DNA of 64,000 nucleotides from an uncultured Pseudomonadota bacterium (GTDB lineage Bacteria; Pseudomonadota; Alphaproteobacteria; Rs-D84): NCBI GenBank assembly GCA_902787305.1, contig CADAFS010000003.1, positions 7,119 to 71,118 of the forward strand, read 5' to 3'. Shown piece by piece: positions 57,091 to 64,000 of this stretch (position 1 is its first letter; each line of letters starts with the position of its first letter). The notes under the pieces were generated by a model. It saw only the letters and a program-made list of their open reading frames with translations, ran no database searches and was not told where the DNA came from. The position numbers and the translations under genes were made by a program.

Positions 57091-57329
57091 TGCACAATTA
57101 AAATGTGATATAAAAAATTCCAGAAAATCGTCGCGCCCCGCCCTTGCGGCGGGGCCGGCAAGCACGAGTATCCGCGAAGTGCGAGCCGGGGGCGGGTAAG
57201 GTAAAATAATAATGAACCCGCCCCCGATTTGACCATCGCTGACGCTCGGTCTCATCGACCCCGCCGCAAGGGCGGGGTGTTGCGCTGTGGAATAACTAAC
57301 CTGTCACCCATTTAATCAGGTATCACGGG
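57086..57329. other. GC-rich palindromic insertion between 16-bp direct repeats
   Basis: Three GC-rich hairpins (57136..57154, 57187..57226, 57259..57277). The outer two are reverse complements of each other. Spacers are 32 nt each. Confidence 0.6.
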
Positions 57330-57345
57330 AATGTGCAAAAATTGT
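57330..57345 (+). repeat. Direct repeat AATGTGCAAAAATTGT (right copy)
   Basis: Exact 16-mer, 260 bp from the left copy. Confidence 0.9.
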
Positions 57346-57372
57346 TGAAAACTCTGTAAAATCGTGTATAAT
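57345..57372 (+). promoter_or_regulatory. Putative infC promoter (TTGAAA-16-TATAAT)
   Basis: Hexamers read directly, 30 nt upstream of the AUU start. Confidence 0.55.
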
Positions 57373-57402
57373 TCGCGCATAACAGTTTAAAAGGAGCCTA
57401 CA

Positions 57403-57957
57403 ATTAAACCGCAAAATAATCGTGATAAACGTGACATGGGGCCACGCACAAATAATCGGATAACCGCAAAATCTGTTCAGGTTATCGGCGCCGATGGGCA
57501 AAATATGGGTGTTATGCAAACCGCGGATGCGTTGCAAATGGCAATGGATGCCGGAATGGATTTGGTGGAATTAAATGGCGCGTCTTTGCCGCCGGTTGTA
57601 AAGATAATGGACTTTGGCAAATACAAATATGAACAGAAAAAACGTGCGTCCGAGGCGAAGAAAAAACAAAAAATCACCGAAATGAAAGAGGTTTGGATAA
57701 AACCTTTTATCGAAGAAAACGATTTGCAAATCAAATTGCGCAAGGTTTTTGAATTCTTGGACGGCGGCGACAAAGTTAAAATATCCGTCATGACCAAGGG
57801 TAATCGTCGCGTATTGGCGATTGGGCGCGATTCTGTGCCGGCGCTGTTCGAACATGTTGTGGAACTGATTGGCGACCACGGAACACTGGAAAGCCGTTCC
57901 AAACCAGATGAACGAACAAAATCAATCGTCATCGCGCCGGCAAAACCGGGGAAGTAA
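57403..57957 (+). CDS. infC: Translation initiation factor IF-3, probable AUU start
   Basis: IF3 N- and C-domains. In-frame ATT at 57403 lies 6 nt after AAGGAG, whereas the ATG at 57436 has no SD. In-frame stop at 57388. Confidence 0.85.
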   Translation: MKPQNNRDKRDMGPRTNNRITAKSVQVIGADGQNMGVMQTADALQMAMDAGMDLVELNGASLPPVVKIMDFGKYKYEQKKRASEAKKKQKITEMKEVWIKPFIEENDLQIKLRKVFEFLDGGDKVKISVMTKGNRRVLAIGRDSVPALFEHVVELIGDHGTLESRSKPDERTKSIVIAPAKPGK

Positions 57958-57960
57958 AAA

Positions 57961-57985
57961 AAATCTGCCGTCAGGCAGATTTTTT
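57961..57985 (+). terminator. Terminator of infC
   Basis: AATCTGCC-GTCA-GGCAGATT followed by TTTT. Confidence 0.85.
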
Positions 57986-58094
57986 GGTGGTTAGTGTAAG
58001 TGTTAGTGGTTATCCGTCTTCGTCCGTCATCGCAAAGCGATGCCGTGACTACGCCGAGACTGCGCCAGGGCCTTGCCCTGGCTTGGTGTTAGTG
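57986..58094 (-). repeat. Double-hairpin REP-like element, copy F, with GTWAGT array
   Basis: GGTGGTTAGTGTAAGTGTTAGTGGTTATCCGTC...CATCGCAAAGCGATG...GCGCCAGGGCCTTGCCCTGGCTTGGTGTTAGTG. Confidence 0.8.
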
Positions 58095-58298
58095 AGCCGT
58101 TGCGACGGTTTCTGATAATTCTTTTTCGATATCTATTCCCATTTTTTCAAATTCATCTTCCATTTTCGACAGAACCAATTTTAACAGCAAATACATTTCA
58201 CCAACCGTCATTGAATTTTGTGGCTGTTCGTAATACCGATAAAGTGCCTTGATAACCGTTTGTGGTATCGGGCTATCCGTGATAACTGTTTCAAACAT
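58089..58298 (-). CDS. Small conserved protein, cassette copy 3 (69 aa)
   Basis: MFETVITDSPIPQTVIKALYRYYEQPQNSMTVGEMYLLLKLVLSKMEDEFEKMGIDIEKEL. See copy 1. Confidence 0.7.
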   Translation of the reverse strand: MFETVITDSPIPQTVIKALYRYYEQPQNSMTVGEMYLLLKLVLSKMEDEFEKMGIDIEKELSETVATAH

Positions 58299-58489
58299 TG
58301 TTTTTCCTTTTTGATGAAATAAAAAACCATTTGCAAAAATACAAACGGTTGGAGTTTCGAAAACAATATCACAGTGAATATTGAATCGCCTTATTCAATA
58401 TATTCGGCGAACTCCAACCCATTAGTTGGAAATTGAAACACTGTGTTTTTAGAGTTTTCGATTCTCTGCAACGGCAACCCGCCATTGCA
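58299..58489 (-). promoter_or_regulatory. Structured 5' leader RNA of cassette copy 3
   Basis: Collinear with the copy 1 leader. The 3'-most ~58 nt are identical apart from T-run length. Confidence 0.6.
58321..58350 (-). terminator. Intrinsic terminator inside the cassette leader (copy 3)
   Basis: Same hairpin as 14417..14447, followed by T6. Confidence 0.7.
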
Positions 58490-58494
58490 GGGGC

Positions 58495-58523
58495 ATTATA
58501 GTAAAATAAAAAATAACTTGCAA
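58495..58523 (-). promoter_or_regulatory. Sigma70-type promoter of cassette copy 3 (TTGCAA-17-TATAAT)
   Basis: Hexamers read on the complement. Confidence 0.7.
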
Positions 58524-58546
58524 TGAAAAATATGAGCCGCCGCGCC

Positions 58547-58591
58547 ACACCACTCACTAACCACTAATCACTTACACTTCCCACTAACACT
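58547..58591 (-). repeat. GTWAGT array (complement orientation) opening cassette copy 3
   Basis: ACACCACTCACTAACCACTAATCACTTACACTTCCCACTAACACT. Confidence 0.8.
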
Positions 58592-58652
58592 TTTTTGTGG
58601 AATGTTGAATTTTTATTTTGTATCTTTGACCCGTATAACAAAGGGTTTATAA

Positions 58653-58856
58653 ATGGATACGGATAAATTGACATTTGAAGATGCGTACAAACAACTGACG
58701 GAATTGGTTAAAAAAATGGAATCGGGCGAAATGCCACTTGCGGATTCGGTTGCCGCATACGAACAGGGTATAAAGTTAAAGGCCTATTGTGAACAGTTAT
58801 TGAAAGAGGCCGAATTAAAAATCGAAACACTTAAAATTACAAGCCCGAACGAATAA
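58653..58856 (+). CDS. xseB: Exodeoxyribonuclease VII small subunit
   Basis: LTFEDAYKQLTELVKKMESGEMPLADSVAAYEQG, 67 aa. Confidence 0.85.
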   Translation: MDTDKLTFEDAYKQLTELVKKMESGEMPLADSVAAYEQGIKLKAYCEQLLKEAELKIETLKITSPNE

Positions 58857-58867
58857 CGGATTTGGCG

Positions 58868-61378
58868 ATGGCCGACAAAAGTAAACTAACACCCGTAATG
58901 CAACAATATGTGGATTTTAAGTCCGAAAATCCCGATGCGTTGCTTATGTTCCGGCTTGGCGATTTTTACGAATCTTTTTTCGAAGATGCAAAAACAATAA
59001 GTGCGAAATTGGGTTTGGTTCTCACATCGCGCGGAACGGACGGCGACGGTGCGGATATTCCGATGTGTGGGATTCCGTGGCATGCGGCGGAAACTTATTT
59101 TGGTCGCCTTGTGCGGATGGGGTATAAACTTGCGTTGGTTGAACAAATGGAAACCCCGGCCCAGGCCAAAGAACGCGGGCACAAATTTATCGAACGCAAA
59201 ATCACACGCGTTTTAACGCCGGGAACACTTACCGATGAAAATTTGTTGTCGCCAAAGTCCGCAAATTTCTTGCTTGCGATTGTGCGTGTGGCGCATGAAA
59301 GTTTTGATTTTGCGGGGTGCGATATTTCAACGGGTGAATTCTTTGTTGGTCGCACGGATGATGTTATCGATGACCTGGTTCGAATATCGCCGGCGGAAAT
59401 TATTTATCCGGCATCGGACGCGGAATATGAAACGGTTTTGCATATTCGTGATATGTTCAAATCAACGCCGGTGTTCGATAAAATTTATCGCCGGGGGGAT
59501 ATAGATACGATTATCGGCGCGGTCTTTTCGGGCGCGCGCGCCGAAGACACGCATGAAAATGTTGCAATTGGATTGTTGGCCGCATATTTGTTTAATACGC
59601 AACGTGGTGCGGCGCTGACTTTCCGTGCACCGTATAAATTTAATGCCGGCGCGCAACTTTTGGTTGATTCCGCAACATGGAAAAGTTTAGAAATTGATTC
59701 CGCCATAAACGACGGCGGGCGTTGTTTATTAGATGTGTTGGACAATACGAAAACCGCGGCGGGCGGGCGAAAATTGCGCGCATATTTGCGTAATCTTTCG
59801 GCGGACGCGGTGGAAATAAAAAATCGCCAGAATCACATAGAACACATGGTTTTGAATTCTGATGTTCGCGCAATGGTGGGCGATGCGTTGGCGCGGGTGC
59901 CGGATGTTGGGCGTGCATTATCGCGGTTGTTGGCGGGTCGCGGCACGCCGCGTGATATGCGACATGTGTGCGATTTTTTGATTGAAATTCCGAACCTTAA
60001 AATGATTGGAACACGGCTTAGTGCCGGTCTTGCCGCACGCACAGAAACCATATGTGCGCACGATGAATTGGCGATAAAATTGCGGTCGGCATTGGTTGAC
60101 GATTTGCCAACGTTTTTTCGTGACGGCGGTGTGATTCGTGACGGGTTTGATATGGCACTTGATAATATGCGGCGCCTGTCGCACGGGGCCCAGGAAACAA
60201 TCGCCGCAATGCAGGCGGAATACGCCACGCAAACGGGCATAAACACACTGAAAATAAAATTCAACAACGTTATCGGGTATTTCATAGAGGTTCCCGCCGC
60301 CAAGGCAACGCCGTTGATGCAACCGGAATCTGGGTTTATCCATCGGCAAACTTTGGTTGGTAATGTGCGGTTCACGACATCGCGCCTTGTGGAATTGGAT
60401 AATGATATTCGTTCTGCAACGGACAAGGCCGCGGCCATAGAATCAGATTTAATCGAAAAACTTATTACGGAAATACGCGCCGTTGCCGATGATATCTTGG
60501 CGGCGGCGGATGTATTTGCGGATTTGGATGTATGGTGCACATTGGCGAATTGTGCAACCGAATGGGAATGGTCACGTCCGGAAATCACAAACGGAAACGA
60601 ATTTGAAATCATTGGTGGTCGCCACCCGGTTATTGAAAGCGCACTGCGTGAACACGGAAACAATTTTGTTAAAAACGATTGCAATTTGAATGAACAATCG
60701 GTCGCGTTGCTCACCGGTCCGAATATGGCGGGAAAGTCCACGTATTTGCGTCAAAACGCGTTGTTGGTGGTGCTGGCGCACATGGGGTCTTTTGTGCCGG
60801 CGACGCGTGCAAAAATCGGCATTTGTGACCAGTTATTTAGTCGCGTCGGCGCGTCGGATAACCTGGCCGCGGGGCAATCGACATTTATGGTTGAAATGGG
60901 CGAAACCGCGAACATTTTGCGCCGTGCGACCCCGCGTTCGTTTATAATTTTTGATGAAATTGGCCGTGGCACCGCAACATACGACGGCATGGCCATTGCC
61001 CAGGCGGTTCTTGAATACCTAAACACTTTGGGGGCGCGAACATTATTTGCGACACATTATCATGAATTGACGGCGCGCGTCGCGGCAAACGGTGGCGAAT
61101 TGCAAAATGTGTCGTGTTTAACGATTGATGTTCGTGAGCATAATAATGAAATCATCTTTATGCACCGCATTGTTCCCGGCGTGGCAAGTCGTTCGTACGG
61201 TATCCATGTTGCAAAAATGGCGGGTATGCCGGAATCGGTCGTTGCGCGCGCGGAAAGTGTATTGGCGGCCTTAGAGCAGGGCGCGCCCCAGCAATCGCAT
61301 GTTGCACCAACAAAATCGAAATCGTCTGCGCCGATGGCACATTCGCCGGAAAAGCCACAGTTATCATTGTTTGAATAA
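58868..61378 (+). CDS. mutS: DNA mismatch repair protein MutS
   Basis: TPVMQQY, GPNMAGKSTYLRQ, STFMVEM, DEIGRGT motifs. ATG at 58868 (the track start 58862 is TTG). Confidence 0.95.
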   Translation: MADKSKLTPVMQQYVDFKSENPDALLMFRLGDFYESFFEDAKTISAKLGLVLTSRGTDGDGADIPMCGIPWHAAETYFGRLVRMGYKLALVEQMETPAQAKERGHKFIERKITRVLTPGTLTDENLLSPKSANFLLAIVRVAHESFDFAGCDISTGEFFVGRTDDVIDDLVRISPAEIIYPASDAEYETVLHIRDMFKSTPVFDKIYRRGDIDTIIGAVFSGARAEDTHENVAIGLLAAYLFNTQRGAALTFRAPYKFNAGAQLLVDSATWKSLEIDSAINDGGRCLLDVLDNTKTAAGGRKLRAYLRNLSADAVEIKNRQNHIEHMVLNSDVRAMVGDALARVPDVGRALSRLLAGRGTPRDMRHVCDFLIEIPNLKMIGTRLSAGLAARTETICAHDELAIKLRSALVDDLPTFFRDGGVIRDGFDMALDNMRRLSHGAQETIAAMQAEYATQTGINTLKIKFNNVIGYFIEVPAAKATPLMQPESGFIHRQTLVGNVRFTTSRLVELDNDIRSATDKAAAIESDLIEKLITEIRAVADDILAAADVFADLDVWCTLANCATEWEWSRPEITNGNEFEIIGGRHPVIESALREHGNNFVKNDCNLNEQSVALLTGPNMAGKSTYLRQNALLVVLAHMGSFVPATRAKIGICDQLFSRVGASDNLAAGQSTFMVEMGETANILRRATPRSFIIFDEIGRGTATYDGMAIAQAVLEYLNTLGARTLFATHYHELTARVAANGGELQNVSCLTIDVREHNNEIIFMHRIVPGVASRSYGIHVAKMAGMPESVVARAESVLAALEQGAPQQSHVAPTKSKSSAPMAHSPEKPQLSLFE

Positions 61379-61388
61379 AGGGTCAAAT

Positions 61389-62258
61389 ATGGACGGCTTT
61401 ATAATATTGGATAAACCATCGGACATGTCTTCAAAGACCGCCGCCATGCGCGCCGCTAAAATCTTTGGCACGAAAAAGAACGGACATATCGGAACATTGG
61501 ACCCGATGGCGTCGGGCGTATTGCCGGTGGCAATTGGAAACGCCACGAAAATGATTCCTTTTATCGAAGAATTCTGTGACCGAACCAAGGAATATCTGTT
61601 CACTGTGCAATTTGGGGTTGAAACGGATACGCTTGATATAACCGGCGCCGAAACAAACCGCACCGATATTGTTCCCGATGAATCCGCCGTTCGCGCCACA
61701 TTGCATAAATTTATCGGCCACATAAAACAAATTCCACCCGTATACAGTGCGGTTCACATTTCGGGTGTGCGTGCATACGAATTGGCGCGTGCGGGTAAAA
61801 ATCCGGAAATTCCCGCGCGCGACGTGGACATATATGAATTAGAATTGGTGTCCGTCGACGGTGCGGATTGGAATTTTCGCATGTGTTGTGCGCCCGGCAC
61901 ATACGTGCGCAGTGTTGCGCGCGACATCGCCCGCGCGTGCGGAACGGTTGCGACCGTCACCATGATTCGCCGCACCCGGACCAGTGGTTGGACAATAAAA
62001 AACGCGGTGACACTTGATTTCTTGGAAAATTTGTTTAATAATGGCGGGGACACGGGTAAATACCTGATGCCGGTGGATTCTGGACTGGGGGACATTCCGG
62101 TTTTGAATCTGAATGATAAAACTTGTCGTTTATATAAAAATGGCGGGTTTATCGATATGGTGGTCGCAAACGGAACATATCGTGTGTATTCTGGTGAAAA
62201 ATTCGTTGGAATTGGCACGGTTGAATCGAACGTGTTGCGTCCAAAAAGAACAATTTAA
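61389..62258 (+). CDS. truB: tRNA pseudouridine55 synthase
   Basis: GFIILDKP, HIGTLDPMASGVLPV motifs. Confidence 0.92.
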   Translation: MDGFIILDKPSDMSSKTAAMRAAKIFGTKKNGHIGTLDPMASGVLPVAIGNATKMIPFIEEFCDRTKEYLFTVQFGVETDTLDITGAETNRTDIVPDESAVRATLHKFIGHIKQIPPVYSAVHISGVRAYELARAGKNPEIPARDVDIYELELVSVDGADWNFRMCCAPGTYVRSVARDIARACGTVATVTMIRRTRTSGWTIKNAVTLDFLENLFNNGGDTGKYLMPVDSGLGDIPVLNLNDKTCRLYKNGGFIDMVVANGTYRVYSGEKFVGIGTVESNVLRPKRTI

Positions 62259-62273
62259 AAAAAGGAAAAAACA

Positions 62274-62546
62274 ATGTCCATAACAAAGACAAAGAAAACT
62301 GAACTTATAAACGCATTTAAAACCAGTGACAAGGATAACGGTGGTTCCGTGGAATCTCAGGTTGCGGTTTTAACCGAACGCATTCGCAACTTGACAGAAC
62401 ATATGAAGAATAACCACAAAGACGAACATTCGAAACGTGGTTTGTTGTTGATGGTGAATCGTCGCAAGAAATTACTTGCATACATTAAAAAACGCAATCC
62501 CGAAAAATACGAAGAACTTATTAAAAAATTGAACTTACGTAAATAA
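62274..62546 (+). CDS. rpsO: 30S ribosomal protein S15
   Basis: DNGGSVESQVAVLTERI...HLK.NHKDEHSKRGLL, 90 aa. Confidence 0.95.
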   Translation: MSITKTKKTELINAFKTSDKDNGGSVESQVAVLTERIRNLTEHMKNNHKDEHSKRGLLLMVNRRKKLLAYIKKRNPEKYEELIKKLNLRK

Positions 62547-62552
62547 GAAATT

Positions 62553-62579
62553 CGGTCGGCATCCGCCGACCGTTTTTTT
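62553..62579 (+). terminator. Terminator of rpsO
   Basis: CGGTCGGC-ATCC-GCCGACCG followed by T7. Confidence 0.85.
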
Positions 62580-62601
62580 ACACATCTTAAACCGCATCGA
62601 T

Positions 62602-63393
62602 TTACTGACGTGAAAAACGTTCCAAAAATCCCAATACATCACTTTGATATTGTTCGGTTTGCGCATCTTTCTCAATCTTTTGTGCGGCAAGTTTACGATT
62701 CCACTTTTCTTTATCCATCTCTTCATAAAGATTTTTCGCTTGGCCATACATCAATTCTTCAAATGGCTGACCGTTTATATACAATGTGTATTCATCCGGC
62801 GCGGGTCTATCGCCACTAAGAGACCGCATTGCTTGTTTTTGAACATAAAAAATCGGATTTCCTTTTGACCTAACCGAAAGGTAACGCGCATAACTGTTGC
62901 CACTTTCTTGTAACTCGTTCTTTGGGTTCTTCATAATTTTTTGCAAATGTGCCAAGATAACATCTCTAAAATCATATCTGTCTAAAGGTAACACAAATTG
63001 TTGCCCCAATGGTTCAAAATGTTCCAAAAATAGAATTATGCCTTCTTGGTGTTCGGCCTCTTTGATGTTTTTTGCAGCCTTGTAATCCGCCTGCTCTCGA
63101 TTCCACTTCTCTTGCCGGATCTCTTCATAAAGTTTTTCTGCCATCCCATAACCCAAATCTACTTCATCATCATCAATATACAGGGTATATTTATCAGGGG
63201 CACGTCCTTCGCCAAATGCCCACCGCATGGCTTGTTTTTCAACACGAAAAACCTGAACAGAACCAGAATAAACCGACAGCTTTTTCAGGTATTCATCACC
63301 TGTTTCCTTTATTTCATCGCTATTGGCGTTCGACAAAATATCGCGCAACGATTCCAAAGTTGCAGCTTTAAAATCTTGTTGTGTTAGTGGCAT
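62602..63393 (-). CDS. Hypothetical protein made of two tandem ~125-aa repeats
   Basis: Halves align (YLKKLSVYSG..EKQAMR..APDKYTLYI..AEKLYEEIRQEKWNR vs YARYLSVRSK..QKQAMR..APDEYTLYI..AKNLYEEMDKEKWNR). AAGGAG lies 6 nt before the Met at 63393. Confidence 0.6.
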   Translation of the reverse strand: MPLTQQDFKAATLESLRDILSNANSDEIKETGDEYLKKLSVYSGSVQVFRVEKQAMRWAFGEGRAPDKYTLYIDDDEVDLGYGMAEKLYEEIRQEKWNREQADYKAAKNIKEAEHQEGIILFLEHFEPLGQQFVLPLDRYDFRDVILAHLQKIMKNPKNELQESGNSYARYLSVRSKGNPIFYVQKQAMRSLSGDRPAPDEYTLYINGQPFEELMYGQAKNLYEEMDKEKWNRKLAAQKIEKDAQTEQYQSDVLGFLERFSRQ

Positions 63394-63480
63394 ACTGAAC
63401 TCCTTCATATCTCTATTTCTTACCATTATACCATAAAGTTGCTGGGAAAGCAAACGGAAGTAACCACCATCACAATTTAT

Positions 63481-63508
63481 TTGCAAAACTATAAAAATAT
63501 CGTATAAT
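63481..63508 (+). promoter_or_regulatory. Putative pnp promoter (TTGCAA-16-TATAAT)
   Basis: Hexamers read directly. Confidence 0.55.
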
Positions 63509-63516
63509 CGCACCCG

Positions 63517-63584
63517 GCGAAGAAAGAATTGTTCATTCTTGCATTTTGCGCCCGGAATGCAAAAACGAATAATTTTTCTTCGCG
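63517..63584 (+). promoter_or_regulatory. Long imperfect hairpin in the pnp 5' leader
   Basis: GCGAAGAAAGAATTGTTCATTCTTGCATT pairs with AATGCAAAAACGAATAATTTTTCTTCGC (about 29 bp with a bulge and 3 non-Watson-Crick positions). Confidence 0.6.
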
Positions 63585-63620
63585 GAATAAAAAATAAACT
63601 GATAAATATGGAGAAAAATT

Positions 63621-64000
63621 ATGTCAGAAAAAAAATTAAACAACCCGGTTGTGGTTGAAATACCGTATGGTGATGAAACATTAAAATTGGAAACGGGCCG
63701 CTTGGCCAAACAGGCAACTGGCGCGGTTTTGGCAACGATGGGCGAAACAATGGTCTTGGCCACCGTGTGCGCGGAAAAGACCGCCGTCGAAGGCCAAGAT
63801 TTTTTCCCACTTACCGTTGATTACCAGGAAAAATTTGCGTCCGCCGGTCGTATTCCAGGGTCGCGTGACCGCCGTGAAGGCAAGGCCAGCATGGGCGAAA
63901 CATTGATTGCGCGTCTTATTGACCGCCCAATTCGTCCATTGTTCCCGGAAACTTTTAAGAACAAGGTTCAGGTCGTAGCCCAGGTTTTTTCATATGACCG
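63621..64000 (+). CDS. pnp: Polyribonucleotide nucleotidyltransferase, N-terminal part (3' end outside window)
   Basis: [27 protein letters not shown]...[20 protein letters not shown]. Confidence 0.92.
   Translation, partial: MSEKKLNNPVVVEIPYGDETLKLETGRLAKQATGAVLATMGETMVLATVCAEKTAVEGQDFFPLTVDYQEKFASAGRIPGSRDRREGKASMGETLIARLIDRPIRPLFPETFKNKVQVVAQVFSYD

Noticed and set aside
57064-57255. 63-aa ORF on the minus strand inside the palindromic insertion.
   Set aside because: It has no SD, is Gly/Pro/Arg-rich because of the GC hairpins, and overlaps the UDG 3' end.
56186-57329. Identification of the two structured intergenic regions as tmRNA, SRP (4.5S) RNA, RNase P RNA or 6S RNA.
   Set aside because: There is no T-loop GGTTCGA motif or tag ORF (tmRNA), no GGAAGCAGCC/AGGUCAGG helix-8 motif (SRP), and no GAGGAAAGUCC P4 motif (RNase P). 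6S RNA cannot be judged from sequence. Both regions are left as unassigned.
57086-57329. Calling the 244-bp insertion (57086-57329) a MITE.
   Set aside because: There are no terminal inverted repeats at the insert ends, and a 16-bp duplication is long for a transposase TSD. It is kept as an 'insertion of unknown type'.
59833-60741. 302-aa ORF antisense to mutS. Similar long antisense ORFs lie at 27319-27867 (dus), 37997-38611 (mreB), 15659-16249 (fabZ/lpxD), 4328-5050 (murG/ftsW), 34545-35099 (queH) and 46319-46846.
   Set aside because: Each lies entirely inside a well-supported conserved gene on the other strand, has a low-complexity or Arg/Ser-rich composition, and has no SD. These are typical shadow ORFs.

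Overview
This 64-kb chromosomal window comes from a Gram-negative bacterium. Gene content suggests a reduced, possibly intracellular, alphaproteobacterium-like organism; this is inference from the SspB-alpha-type adaptor, rsmG-parA-parB, pal, skp-lpxD-fabZ, PPDK and a short ValRS lacking the bacterial C-terminal coiled coil. I call about 70 protein genes:
- Cell wall and shape: murG, ftsW, mraY, PBP1A, mreB, rodZ, ftsB.
- Replication and repair: dnaX, recF, uvrA, mutS, xseB, a UDG.
- Translation: valS, metG, infC, rplU-rpmA, rpsO, truB, rlmE, rsmG, dus, queH.
- Lipid metabolism: lpxD, fabZ, accBC, gpsA.
- Efflux: a TolC-adaptor-ABC operon.

There are two tRNAs (Val-GAC, Cys-GCA). I found no rRNA, CRISPR array, transposase or integrase.

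The most unusual content is non-coding or small:
1. A three-copy cassette made of a sigma70 promoter, a structured leader of about 170 nt ending in an intrinsic terminator, and a 70-aa ORF. The ORF is under purifying selection and the RNA stems show compensatory changes.
2. A 60-100-nt double-hairpin REP-like element in 7 copies.
3. Short arrays of 6-7-nt GTWAGT units that carry stop codons in all three frames and supply the stop codon or last residues of many genes.

Classical operons are repeatedly broken at these repeats. Other notable items:
- A family of large secreted Cys-rich (EGF/furin-like) proteins with a shared N-terminal ARTATTxN-type motif.
- A stand-alone SRP54 M-domain gene.
- A Fic protein with Gln in place of the catalytic His.
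- A 244-bp GC-rich palindromic insertion flanked by a 16-bp direct repeat in the 3' end of the UDG gene.
- A hairpin-dense intergenic region.
- A tandem-duplicated protein interrupting rpsO-pnp.

All coordinates were derived by hand and small RNA or repeat boundaries may be off by a few nt. No database search or folding program was run.
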